Assembly (NCBI GenBank): GCA_052426225.1
Contig: JBNJNM010000015.1
Span: 310,001-374,000, forward strand
Origin: Zancudomyces culisetae HAW-14-8
Taxonomy: Eukaryota; Fungi; Kickxellomycota
Direction: 5' to 3'
Length of the DNA: 64,000 nt
The notes beneath the pieces are model-generated. The model ran no database searches. It was not told the origin of the DNA and saw nothing but the letters and a program-made list of their open reading frames with translations. How positions within the stretch are numbered: position 1 is the first letter of the stretch; every line of letters starts with the position of its first letter. The translations under genes and the position numbers were made by a program. Of this stretch, positions 11,250 through 23,675 are shown piece by piece.

Positions 11250-11551
11250 AAGACTGTCAGAATCTACATCCGTCCATGCCAGCAGCTTTTAACACCACTT
11301 GGCAAGATCATCAACGAGTCAGAAAAGGCGTGGTAGTCTTCCCTTCTTTCAAGGCCTTTCTTCAAAGAAGCGAGCTCATCCAAAAAAAGTCCCTCATAAA
11401 AAATGAAAAACACCAAGTTGCCTTAAAACTCACACTTCCCTTTTCAGACAGTGTAGTTCCAATCATCGTCCAGTCTTGTTTGCATGACTTTGTTCGGAAA
11501 CAAAGACAAAGAAGTGTACTACAAACTAGATCCTTGTAAGTACAGTCTGAT
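11250..11551 (-). ncRNA. U3: U3 snoRNA (box C/D, SSU processome)
   Basis: Minus strand reads AUCAGACUGUACUUACAAGGAUC (GAC box, box A' UACUU, box A GGAUC), a hinge, stem arm AAGACUG, box C' GACGAUGA, box B-like GAAGUGUGAG, box C UUGAUGA, box D UCUGA, then CAGUCUU, which pairs perfectly with AAGACUG. About 300 nt, with a TATAAAA ~30 nt upstream. Confidence 0.88.
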
Positions 11552-11581
11552 TTTTTCCACAGTTTCCGGATTTGACGGCGG

Positions 11582-11588
11582 TTTTATA
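11582..11588 (-). promoter_or_regulatory. Putative TATA box of the U3 gene
   Basis: TATAAAA on the minus strand about 31-37 nt upstream of the predicted U3 5' end. Confidence 0.5.
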
Positions 11589-11821
11589 CGAAAACCGAGT
11601 AAAAAATTTTTTGATTTTGGATGAAATCAAAATTATGGGTATTTCAACTGCCGAATCATGTTCAATAAAAAAAAACATAAAAAAAATTTTACAAAAAGAA
11701 AAAGATCATAGTTAAAACTTTAAAGTACAAAATTGGTAAAGCAAAAAAAAAAAAGAGCTCAGGTTGGATAAATGATTAAAAGGTTAAAAACAAAAAGCTA
11801 TCACAAAAACAAAAGCTTAAT

Positions 11822-11893
11822 CGCCCGATGTGGGGGTCGAACCCACAGCCTTGAGGTTAAAAGCCTCACGCTCTACCATTGAGCTAACCGGGC
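11822..11893 (-). tRNA. tRNA-Lys (anticodon TTT), intronless
   Basis: GCCCGGTTAGCTCAATGGTAGAGCGTGAGGCTTTTAACCTCAAGGCTGTGGGTTCGACCCCCACATCGGGCG folds to a cloverleaf with anticodon loop CTTTTAA and GTTCGA T-loop; T-runs just downstream. Confidence 0.97.
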
Positions 11894-12618
11894 TACGAGC
11901 GTTTCTAGTTTTGTAAATATCTGTTTCTAGTATACTACAATTGTTAAGCTAATTTATTTGTTTTATTTAGAATACTATGTTACTGTTTCTGGAAACACAT
12001 ATAGCATGGTGTCTACATCTGTTAGTGTATATATTATTCAATCCTTTTATGATATTTATAGTGTTTTTTGTAAAGAAAAAGTTCAAAAAATTAGTTTGTC
12101 AATCGAAATCGAACTTATAAGTGTTCTGGTCTGAACCATGAATTATCTTTCCAACTTATACCATCCATTTGACTTTTGATTTGTTTGTAAATGTTAGCTA
12201 AGAAGCTTATAAGTACAGAGTTAGTATAAACACGATATATTAGAGATTACCATAGGGTTAGTATGCTATTTATGTGGATGTGTAACAAAATAGGTTGTTT
12301 AATTACTAAACCAGATATATATTGCAAGTCACTGTTAAATAAACACCCTGGTACATATAAATACCAATAATAACCGAAATATACAACAATCTGTAACTTT
12401 TGGTCATTAAATAAAAGTTTTCAATCTTGTTACATCAAGTTCTCATGTATAACATCCATTTATTTATACGAAAACTGTTAACAAACATATTGTTATTCTT
12501 ATAATTATTTGTAAAGCATTAAATGCATCTTTTTATTATATAAATACTCATCTACATACTTTAAAATACATTCAGTTATCACAATTAATAAAGATAATAA
12601 ACATTTACGTAGCTAGTA

Positions 12619-13062
12619 ATGACCAAACAAGAGTTAGAACCAAAATTTACCGAAAACCAGCCAATAAGCACATACAATAATTACCCAAAGGCGGCTCTTA
12701 GAAAAGCATTCAAACTTTTTGCAGCATTGGTGGCTATCGCATTACTGCTATATATCTTGTTCAACATTCTTCTTATTTCTGTAAATCAAGATAATGGAAA
12801 ACTAATTCTGGTCTACTATAGTGGAATGGTCTGGTCATCCTTCTTGCTAGCACTGGTTATGACTACTACCCTGTGTATATGGTTAAAATACAACAAAGAT
12901 ATCATATCAGTGATAAATGCAAAGCAGCCAGTGGATGACCCTGCGGATAAACTGGTACACGCATATTTAGAAGAGGGTAAACTATGTTGCATAGTATTGC
13001 TGGTAGTTTCGATTGCATTTCTGATTTTCGCAGAGCATCTTACTTTCATTCCTGTATGGTAG
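12619..13062 (+). CDS. Hypothetical membrane protein (3 predicted TM helices)
   Basis: 147 aa ATG-started ORF, TATAAA ~80 nt upstream, three hydrophobic stretches; no family recognised. Confidence 0.6.
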   Translation: MTKQELEPKFTENQPISTYNNYPKAALRKAFKLFAALVAIALLLYILFNILLISVNQDNGKLILVYYSGMVWSSFLLALVMTTTLCIWLKYNKDIISVINAKQPVDDPADKLVHAYLEEGKLCCIVLLVVSIAFLIFAEHLTFIPVW

Positions 13063-13325
13063 GTTGTCAAGTCGAAGCACTCTCTTCTCTTAATCTGATC
13101 AAGTTACAAACTTTATTAAAATCAAAAATATACAAAAAACAAGCCTCTTAACATTATTTACACAACGCTCGTCCTCTACTTCCAGCATACTCGATATAAA
13201 AAAAAAGGCTCAGATACGTCCACACCAATTGCTCAAGATAGGTTTATATAACTATTCTTTTTTATTTAACAAAGTTGAATACAAATCTGAGACAAAGAAA
13301 ATAGTAAAACTATGTGTCAAAACTC

Positions 13326-15536
13326 TTATTTTGTAGGGTCGCTTTCAAATCGCAGGTCCCAGTCAATAATAGGGCCAAGCTTTGGCAGTGACTCGGCAAC
13401 ACTGTTGACATCCTTGTCACCTCTTCCGGATACACAAATAACTAGAGATTGATCAGGAGACATAGTCTTAGCCAATTCCAAGGCATAGTAGATGGCATGT
13501 GAACTTTCAAGAGCCGGAATGATACCTTCACACTGACACATTGTGCGGAACCCAGAAAGAGCTTGGGAATCGGAAACTGGGTAGTACTCAGCACGATTGA
13601 TGGATTTCAGGTAGGAGTGTTCGGGACCAACTCCAGGATAGTCGAGACCAGCACTAATGGAGTGGGTTTCCATAATTTCACCCTTGGCGTTTTGCAGCAA
13701 GAATGTCTTTGTTCCTTGGAACACACCAACGGTTCCTGTAGATAAAGTTGCAGAGTGTTTTTCAGTGTTTACACCATCACCAGCAGCTTCTACACCTATA
13801 AGCCTTACAGAAGAGTCCTCAACAAAGGGATAGAACATACCTATGGCATTGCTTCCTCCACCTACACAGGCAACCACAGCATCAGGAAGCTTGCCAGTAA
13901 GCGCAAGCATTTGCTTTTTGGTTTCATCACCAATAACACGTTGGAAGTCGCGGACCAGGGTGGGGAAAGGATGAGGACCGATAGCAGAACCTACAAGGTA
14001 GTGGGTGGTATGCACGTTGGTGACCCAGTCTCTCATAGCTTCGTTTACGGCATCTTTGAGTGTCTTTGAGCCAGTGTGTACAGGAACGACAGTTGCACCA
14101 AGAAGTTTCATTTTAAAGACGTTCAGTGCCTGGCGTCGGCAATCCTCAGCGCCCATATATATGGTACATTCAAAGCCAAACTTGGCACAGATAGTAGCAG
14201 TGGCTACACCGTGTTGTCCTGCACCGGTTTCAGCAATGATTCTGGTTTTTCCCAGTCTCTTGGTCAACAGAGCCTGACCCAGGGCGTTATTGATCTTGTG
14301 GGCACCAGTGTGGTTTAAGTCTTCTCTTTTAAGATAGATCTTGGCACCGCCACTATGTTTGGTAAGTCCTTCTGAATAATGAAGCCCAGATGGTCTTCCT
14401 GTGTAAGTATAATAGCTTCTGAACTCTTCCCAGAATGCCGGGTCGTTCTTGCACTCCTCGTATGCAGCTTGAAGTTGTTCGATAGCCCCGAAAATGGCTT
14501 CTGGGATGTATTGTCCACCAAATTCACCAAACCATTGCTCATGGGCAACGCCATTCTGCATATTACCTGCACCAGCGGCAGACGCTGCTTGGTTTTCTTC
14601 AGCCACAAGTGGGGTATCGCGTTTGTAATCGCCACAGGCTCTTCCGCTGAGCTCATGACAAAAGTTGAATGCAGCTTCAGCTTCTTTTCCTTGCTCAGCA
14701 GCACCCAAAACCGAGATAAACTTACTTCCAATTACTACACCATCAGCCATATTGCCAATAGACTTGAACTGAGTATGATTGGATACTCCAAAGCCTACAG
14801 CTAGGAAGCACTGAGTACGTTTTCTGATTCTACTCAATAGACCATTTAGCTCATTATTGACCTGATCCTGTGCGCCAGTTACTCCCAAATGTGAGACAAC
14901 ATATATAAATGAATCTGCAATGCTAGAAAGACTTGTAATTCTTGCATCTGAAGTCGCTGGTGTAATCAAAGGAATATAGCTGAGTCCGAACTGACTACAC
15001 ATGCCTCTAAAGTACACAGACTCTTCTGGAGGCAAGTCTACTACTATAAATCCGTCAACGCCGACCTTGCTGCATTCTTCAACTAATTTTCTTTCACCAT
15101 GTTGCAGAATAGAATTGTAGTAGCCCATGAATACTACTGGAACGGTTAGTCCAGCTGCTCTTGCGTGACCAACGATTTCCAAGCATTTCGTAATGTCTAC
15201 TTTATTTTCTACTGACCAAATATGTGCTTTCTGGATTGTGGGTCCATCTGCTAGTGGATCAGAAAAGGGGATTCCCAATTCAATTACATCGACGCCTGAG
15301 CGTTGCAATGAGAGCAACACCTCGGTTGTGGTTTCCAGATTGGGATACCCTGCTGTCAGATATATTATATGTGCTGGACGACCTATTAAGTGTTTTATTA
15401 GCCGTGTTATTAGGTGTGCTATTAGGTGGAGCCTTTATAGAAATTTGCAAAACTGAGATTGAAATCTTCAAGATATAGTTGCTCTTTTACCTTCGTTGTT
15501 CGCCCTTGCAAAGGCTTCTTTAATTCTCTGTGCCAT
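13326..15536 (-). CDS. TRP5: Tryptophan synthase, fused alpha-beta; 2 exons
   Basis: Exon 1 15536-15491 ([15 protein letters not shown]), intron 15490-15383 (GTAAAA...TAATAG), exon 2 15382-13326. Motifs [18 protein letters not shown] (alpha), [15 protein letters not shown] (PLP lysine), [20 protein letters not shown]. Confidence 0.98.
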
Positions 15537-17109
15537 TTTTATTATTTCCTGTTTATGATTTATCCTCAATTTTCTGAAAAAAGGAGAGTTGACGAAAAAG
15601 TGTAGAGTTTCACTTTACTGGAGTATCTTTTGGTTTTTATATATTTTTTTAAACTGGTTACCGCAGTTTTTTTTATAGCTTTTATCATTGTTGGAAATAC
15701 TCATATTGATGGAAAAGAAAGCAACAATAGGTGAAAATCCAAAATTTTAATTACTAATATCCGTTTTTTTTTTACACTTAGTGGATCATTAACAAATATC
15801 TGACAGATTAACATTCATACTAAAAAAAAAGGTTTCTAAAATAGTATACACAAATTCTCATTGCATCTCGCACTTCCCCTCCTCCCCCTCTTTCCTCTAA
15901 ATTCCCATTATCTCCTTTAATTCAAAATGACACTGTCAGAAAACTTGATATGTCATGTGCGCAAAAAGGATGAATTAACAAAAGCAAGCTAGTTTCAGCT
16001 CGAAATACAAAACAAGATCTCAAACCCAGTGATTCTCCCTCCCTCCTACTAATAAATCTCTTCTTTGGCATTTTTGCTGTTGCCTTTGTTTATTCAACTC
16101 CAATTTTAACTCCAACTCGACTCTACCCCTTTCTTGAAGATGCATGGATATAAACTATGTCACATGTAGATAAAAAAATGCATGGATGTATATTCGAAAA
16201 CCTTTTCCTTGGGTTCAACTGTAACTTTATCATAATTTTCCTCTATCACTCGTAACCCATCTTTTCCTCCCCATTCTTCAATACATGCTTTTTTTCTTGT
16301 ACAAAATTAGACCTAGTTTCATACCATATGGTCGGTTTTGTACCATCAGCAATGTTCACACAGCAATTATACTGTCTAACTAATGTCTCATCTATATCTA
16401 TCCGCATCTTTTAAGTGGAAAGTGTTGCACTTTGTCTTGCTCTTAAAATTCACATTTACTCTAGTCCCGCTTTATTTCTCACTTAATTTGATAAGTAGTG
16501 GTATTTTGGTGGCAAATAAATTTTCGTTTGCAATTAAACTTTAATGACACTTTTGTATGAGTCAAAGGCATTGGTGCAGTTCAATCTCTGATTTGCTCCA
16601 ATAGTTTTTATGATCCTTTTCTAGCCTTTTGCTGGCATATGATTTGTTTACACTTTCGGTAATTTCACCACATTAAATCCAATGTTTTGTTTAAACTTTC
16701 AACATGCCAGCTATAAACTCAGTCTTACCAGATTGCTTTCTATCATCAAAAATACTCGAAAAAGAAAAGTTTAAAATCAACGAGGATCAGCTGAAACAAA
16801 TCGAACCAATACGGAGAAATGATGAAAACAAGGTTGTTGGTATAATAAAAACACAAAGAATCAAGGGGAGGCCGGCTGTTACCTAATCAGCAAAAGTATG
16901 TGTTCTCGCTTCTTTGACTATTTAAAGGTGAAACCGTCTGTAATATACATAAAGAGCGTCAGAGATGTTTTTGAGTAAATTGTGAGAAAACAGGATGTAC
17001 AAGGATATTCGTGTAGATACACACAAAATAAATAAACAACGTAAAAAAAAAAGACCCCTAAGAAATTCTAATATAGACTTGAAAAACTCTGGTTTCATAC
17101 TTGTGGTAT

Positions 17110-19421
17110 TCACTTCCTCTTTTTACTTTTAGATGATTTTGAATTCGTCCGAAAATCCAACATCTCTTTGATAAGGTGTTTAGGTATATTCGAGGATGCC
17201 AGGGCATGTCCAGTATCTTTAATGTGCGAAAATAGCTGGTTCCTAGAATCGAAAACCCGTGAACATACATTACATGTTATTGTGTCTGTGCTTTGTTTAA
17301 GCTTTGCTTTCTGTTTCTTTTTTGCTTTTGCCTTAGTAAGAGCATCATCAGCATCCATGGTACCATCGTTACCATCGTTACCATCCTGCTGCGGCTGTTG
17401 CTGGTGTAAATCATCTAACGGAGATATGTCTTCTTTGTGTGTACTATTCGGGATTTCAGAGCTAACATTTTTTTGTTCCTCTTTGGCATTTTTAGCAATC
17501 GACGACCTTTTATTGTCCGCGTGAGAATCTGGGCATTGATCTTTAGGAATGTACGTTGTTTCATCTTCTCCAGAACTGTGTAAATGCTGATAGTCAAATG
17601 AAAACAGGGGCTTTTTTTGCTTTTTGGATTTCTTTTTATCAGACTTTTTGTCAAGTGATAAAGATTCCAAACGTTCTTCAACGTGATTATCGACTGCATC
17701 AAAAAATTCATCTTCGCTAACTCCATCAGCAGAGACATTAGTGTCGCCCATATCTTCTGCTTGGTCCGGAGTAGCTCTATGGTTATTTTTAGTTTTACCA
17801 ACGCGGATTCCCGAGTTTCTAGCAAAATCCCTCGCTGCCTTGATGTGTTTTTTGCTTTTAGTATGATTTTCTAGTTGAAGAGCTGACTTGAATGATTTAT
17901 TACAAATTTCACAGTGTGGAAGGGAGGACGGTTCTGGAGTGCTACCAACAGCAGCATCGTTCGAAGATACCTGTACAAACTCACCAGTCTCAGGGTCAAC
18001 AACCCAACCCTCATCATTAAAACTATTGATAAGCTCATGTTCGGCATCTAGTTCCTCGTCGCTGAACACTGCACCTCCGTCTTTCTTACTTTTAAAAAAT
18101 TTTGCCGAAGAGTATTCGGGCAGGTGTTCGTCTAGCATTGCGGTATAATCAACATGCTGCCAACTTTGTCGTTCAAACTCGCTGGCTTTTTTTAGTAGGT
18201 TTGTTCGCTCGGCTGCCACCCGCTTCTTCATTTCAGCCTCTTTCTTTTTTGTCAGCTCTTCAGAAAATTTGTTAAAGGCAGCCACCCTAGGATCCCGTTT
18301 CTTCAACCAAGCCGCCAGGTTCTGTACTGCTTCCGAGTATTCCCTCTTGGCCCTTTCCTTGAGTACATTGTTCTCCTTTTCCATCAGTCTCCGCACTTGC
18401 CGGTTTATTGCGTCTGGTAACCTATACTTTTCTTTCCAGACAAAGCTTTTGTTGGTATTAAAGGCTAGCCAAAAGTTGTAGAAATCCCTAAGAGTGGATC
18501 CTTGTTGCGTTTCTTGGTATTCGCCAACGCTCTTCTGGATTTCTGGATCATAAAGTGTCTTTTGCATGCCAAAATCCAAGTTATACAGTGTTTCTGCTAG
18601 ATGCAAATTTGTATTGTCTAAAGACCACAGCTCTTCGTCTCGTAACTTGCTAAACAACTCTCGATAAACCGTATAAAACCCCTATTCGCAAAACCATGGC
18701 AAAGGATCAGTGTTTATTTTAGAAAAATGCCAAACTAGTATACCTTACCTTTGGGTTATCGTCAAATTCGTAAAAGCAGTTGATATTAAAGTGCATCATT
18801 ACGACTTCTGTGGTGGTTCCAATATAATCGGAAGATTCGCTTCCAAACTCTGCACCAAATGCATCTATATTTTGGAAAATTACATCTCATGTCAGTCACT
18901 CGCATATATGATATGGTAAATACACACCGCGTGTTCATTTAAATAATTAATTAATCAACAATGCTTACCGCCGCTTAGGATCTGCTCCTTATGACTGTCA
19001 TACCTACTCACAAATACACACAATGGATAAATAAAGGAGCTAAATCAAAAGCTATAATCACAGCTTATCATTGCCACATACCATGCTCGTTCCTGTGGAT
19101 CCGATAGTGTTTCGTAGGCCTCTTTTATTTCAGAAAAATGTTGGGTTGCCTTTTCGACATCATTTTGGTTTTTGTCTATTAGTGGTATTTTCAAAAGTAC
19201 ACATTTTTATATATCATTTTATTACTTTACCACTTATCGCATTAAAACTTTTTAAACAGCAGTGGTGCAAACCAACTGGCCAAAGAATTGAATGTAGGCA
19301 AGTATATGAATAACGTACCTGGATGCCAAATTAATGCAAGTTTTCTGTATGCTTTTTTGATATCCGAGTCTGTACAATCTTTATCAAGCCCCAACAGATC
19401 ATAGTAATCGGTTCGTTTCAT
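17110..19421 (-). CDS. JJJ1: J-domain/C2H2 zinc finger protein Jjj1/DNAJC21; 5 exons
   Basis: [11 protein letters not shown]...[13 protein letters not shown]|DKNQ...[14 protein letters not shown]|YDSHKEQIL rebuilt across GT-AG introns; [12 protein letters not shown]; two C2H2 fingers (CEICNKSF...HTKSKKH; [23 protein letters not shown]). Confidence 0.93.
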
Positions 19422-19799
19422 TGTTAAATCGTTATGCAGCCTCTTCTCCGTCCTCACTGGTAGGTATGTAACTCAGATTGAATATCGTTGTAATTGCAAA
19501 ATGTAATAACAAATAATCTTGAGATTCAAAAAAAAAATATAAGCACAAAGGCTTACGAACAATTTACACTGTTTTTGCTATAGTTACCAAAAAAATAACT
19601 ATACAGTTATATACTGCTTTACAGCTTTATTTTTCTTTTACTAATAAAAAAAAACTGAACTAGGGTAAAGTCCCCTTCATGTATCAGCAATCTGGAATAT
19701 TGGAATAAAAATGGTGTTATCGTAAAAACTAGAAAAGAAAAAAGAGATCAATTGGTGTAACAAAAAGCTATTAGAAACAAGAAAAGCAAAAACTGAAAA

Positions 19800-21369
19800 C
19801 TAGAGAAGGGAAAGTTCATGCAAATAAGCACCATAGGTCTTAATACCCATCAAATAGTTGTATTTGTCGAGTTTTTCATTTGTGGAGTGAGCACCATCGT
19901 TTGCAGCACCCATTGGGAGCAACAATACATTACAGTTGAGAGAGTCCTGGAAAGTAAGAGTAATTGGGATGGAACCACCTTCTCTGGTATACTCTGGTTC
20001 TATTCCAAAGACGGTTTTGATGGCCTTTGCAGCTGCAACAAAGTTAGGATGGTTGGGGGAAGCATACCACCAGTTTCCACTGGATACACAGGTGGCCTTC
20101 ATTGTGAGTTTAGTTTTGAGTTTGGCAAATTGTTCCATGAGATACTTCAAGGTCAAATCGGTGACGGCTTGGATATCCATGTCGGGAACAGTTCTGATGG
20201 AGAATTTTCCAGTAACTTTTGCTGGAATAACTGTTTTTGATCCTGGGTTGTAGAATGCACCCTCTACTCCGTGCAAAGAAAGCGAAGGATATCTCCAGCG
20301 TGCTTGTAGTGTTCTGATGCTCTCTTCGTGAACTGCACAGTCGTACTTGAGGTCGTTAACAAAGTCTTCGGTAGTAAACGAAAGACCTTCATAGGTCTTT
20401 TTCTCTTCTTCGGTTAGTGGTGCAACCATCTCGTTGATTCCTGGAATCAAAATTTTTCCGTCAACATCGACCAGTGTGGACATCAATTGCGTCAATGCTG
20501 TCATTGGTTCCTGGATAGTTCCTCCGAACAACCCTGAGTGCAAATCGGCAGATGGCCCTGTTATTTCAATGTGGAAGTAGTTGTTTCCTCTCAATCCATA
20601 TGTCAATCCTGGTCTCTTTGTTCCCAGCCAGTAATTGTCACTAATACAAACATAGTCTGTTCCCTTAAACCATTTGTCTGCCTCATCTTGGATCAACTTC
20701 TCAAGGTTGATACTTCCGCTTTCCTCCATTCCCTCAAAGCAAAATATGATGTTTACTGGTAGTTCACGCCCAATCTTCTTGTGTCCCTCCACACAGAGCA
20801 ACCATCCAAGCACTGGGCCCTTGTCGTCTGTCACTCCTCGCCCAATTAATCTACCATCCTCAGCCTCTACCAAAGTGAACGGTTCTGTGTCCCAACCGTC
20901 GCTTTTCAGAGCTGGTTGTACGTCATAGTGTCCGTATATGGTAAGTGTCTTTTTGTTTGGATCATTTCCATACTTGCCCAGTACAACTGGTGGTAGCTGA
21001 ATGGTCTGGCCCTCCAGCTCTTGTGTTCCAATATCAACAAGTTTGACTCTACATACAATACAGTGCTTATTAGTGAGTTCATCTTTACTATCGCAAATAT
21101 GATCCAGTATTCCAACTATCTATACCCTCCTACTCCTACTCCTAAACGCTCATTTTGACTGGCAGATACTCTATAAAAAACAGTAAAACTTACTCGGCAC
21201 CCAACTCCTTCCAACGCTTCTCAATCCATTGACCCATTCTAACAACTTCTTGTCTGTGTGGAACATCTGCGCTTACACTTGGAATTTCCACAATTTCCTT
21301 TAGTTGTTCAATAAAGTAGGCTGTGTTGGAATCAACATACTCAAAGTATTTGTGAAGTGAATCTGCCAT
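19800..21369 (-). CDS. DUG1: Cys-Gly metallodipeptidase (M20A, Dug1/CNDP2); 2 exons
   Basis: ATG 21369, intron 21193-21049 (GTAAGT...TGTAG); YGHYDVQPA, GRGVTDDKGPV, FEGMEESGS, DLHSG, REGGSIP, GAHSTNEK. Confidence 0.96.
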
Positions 21370-22727
21370 CTTTTCTTTGTTAGCTGTTTTTACTTGTTTG
21401 TTCGAAATTACTATAAGTGCTTAATTCCGCTGTTCTTAATAGATAAAAAGAGTAAAAGATAAGTCTTTTCGTTTTAACTAGTGAAATACCTCTTGTCAAA
21501 TTTCTACGCGCTAGCAGTCCAAAATATTCGCTCATTTAACTGCAAACTGCCCCTTATTTCATTTTGTTTCTTGTTTTACTTCTGCCTGTTTCTATTACAT
21601 TCTAGTGTTCGTTTTTCGCACGAGGTTTCAATCTTCCCGTTCATTTTTTGTGTCAAATTCTAACGAAGGGCTCTAGCCAATCCAATCACTTAGGTTTGGG
21701 TGAAAGTGCCACAATATCGAATTTTGTTACAGAGTTGCCACATGAATCGAATCATGTTTTGGCTGCTGCGACCCAATTCACTATTTTGCCGCTTTTTTTT
21801 GGTTCAAAGAAGTGGTCAGTTTTTACCGGTTTGTAAACACAAACAGTCAGCGATTTGTAATCTTCTGAAATTATCGGAATGAGCAAAAAAAAAAGCCAAA
21901 AAACATAAACAAATAAGCACCAGGTCTAAAGTATCAGGATTCTGAAAAACCAACCAAAAAATAAATAAAATTGGCTTTGAAAACAATCTTTTACTAATAC
22001 AGTATTTTTGATTCTTAAACGTTGGCTCATTAAAAACACTAGCCACGTCTTTCAATAATTTTGTCTAAAATGCCACCAAAATGCCACCAAAATGTAATGC
22101 AGACTCAAGGCTGCAACACATATAATGTTACGGATTAGGAGATATTGTGATGACTAACATCCCCATGCTTATATTCAGAGCTGAAAGAATATGCTTGGCT
22201 TTTCCAAGTTACAATCTATTTAGCCTAATTTGCTGTGTTTTGTTTACGCAGAAGGCTGCTAGTTCATTTGAAAAACTGCTGAGCATTAACATACATCCCA
22301 CAATTCCATCTTGATATGTGACTCTTTGGCTAAACTAATGACCTCGTTAGTTTTTATTAAAAACAAATTGGTGTACCAAGTAGAGTTGCGTTGACCACTC
22401 GAGTATAAACCATTCAGCATAAATACACAAAAGTAAGTACGATAGAGGTTTATTAGGTTAATGGCCATGATAAACATTCCTTTCTACTCGCATTCTATTT
22501 TCAACTCGGTCTAAACACCTCCCCCCCCCCCCCCGCTCCTTCCAACTAATTCGCAAGGTCATAACATCTTTTATTCCTATACCACATGCGTGCAACCATA
22601 AAAATCGAATTGAATTAAAGTTGACAATAAAAAACCAAGTAATGGCCAGAAAAGAAAAACAAACATACACAGATCCACTCATATAATTAGAAGGAAGAGT
22701 ACACGCCAAAGAAAAAACAAGCGTTAG

Positions 22728-23675
22728 CTACTGTTTAATAAGATAGCTACCGTCACCAATGGCCTTCTTCCACCAATCTTCAAACTTTACGTATGACGCA
22801 TCTATTCCCCAACTTTCCAAAACTTTTGTACTGAATTGTACCTTGTAAGGTCTGTCTGCTGTGCCAGTATCCGGCTTTGTGTCAACAGAGATCATGAGGT
22901 CATCTGGATTTTCAATATTCAGGAGCTTAGCCAAAACCAGGGCCATCTTGTATTTTGTAGTGCTCTCTTTGGCGCTATAGTGAGCTATTCCATTGATTGA
23001 CTTGTTACCGCTTGCAACTCTGGCTTCCGAGATATCACAGATCACTCTCGCTACGTCTTGGACACATGTTGGATACCTTACCAGATAATTATCCATCTTC
23101 TCTTTATTTCTAGTTTCCACACATTTTTGCAGAGCTTTGATCAATATGTCAATCGCGCCTTCTCCAAGGTACTCAACCGGCCCATACAGTATTGGAACTC
23201 TCAGTATTACATAGTTATCATCCATAACGCTCATAACCTGCTCTTCACCAGCGAGTTTGGTCTTTCCATATTCGTTTAAAGGATTTGGCCTGTCATTTAC
23301 CTCGTACGGCGAGTTGTTTCCATCGAAAACGTAGTCTGTCGATATGTATATAAGGAAACTGTTTGTCTTTTTTGCCATCTCTGCAATCCCCCTGGTAGAA
23401 GACACATTTATCTGTGTAGCCTGTTCACTGTTATTTAGAAAAGTATCTGGTCTGCGTTCGGCTGCGCAGTGTACAATAACATCATAGTTTTCTGAAAAGA
23501 AACGATCCAATTCCTGTGCGTTTGTCAAGTCTAGCTTTATCAAACCGCCCTTGTTCCGTGAAAATGCTGTACCAACAACGTTGTGTCCGCGACTTTGAAG
23601 CAAGTCATAGACTGCCCTGCCAAGAAGTCCTGATGCTCCTGTCACAGCCACTTTTAGTGTTTTAGTTGTTGCCAT
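22728..23675 (-). CDS. RmlD-fold extended SDR, methionine adenosyltransferase 2 beta-like / dTDP-4-dehydrorhamnose reductase family
   Basis: VTGASGLLG, VHCAAERRPD (MAT2B-like), YISTDYVFDG, PNPLNEYGKTK, LRVPILYG. First ATG at 23675. Confidence 0.88.
   Translation of the reverse strand: MATTKTLKVAVTGASGLLGRAVYDLLQSRGHNVVGTAFSRNKGGLIKLDLTNAQELDRFFSENYDVIVHCAAERRPDTFLNNSEQATQINVSSTRGIAEMAKKTNSFLIYISTDYVFDGNNSPYEVNDRPNPLNEYGKTKLAGEEQVMSVMDDNYVILRVPILYGPVEYLGEGAIDILIKALQKCVETRNKEKMDNYLVRYPTCVQDVARVICDISEARVASGNKSINGIAHYSAKESTTKYKMALVLAKLLNIENPDDLMISVDTKPDTGTADRPYKVQFSTKVLESWGIDASYVKFEDWWKKAIGDGSYLIKQ

Noticed and set aside
11276-11539. 87-aa + strand ORF
   Set aside because: Lies antisense to the U3 snoRNA and has no protein features.
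11250-11893. tRNA-Lys/U3 dicistronic transcript (same strand, ~270 nt apart)
   Set aside because: T-runs (Pol III terminator) follow the tRNA, and U3 has its own TATA box.
16558-16564. TGAGTCA Gcn4/AP-1 site upstream of TRP5
   Set aside because: A single 7-mer ~1 kb from the ATG; expected by chance.
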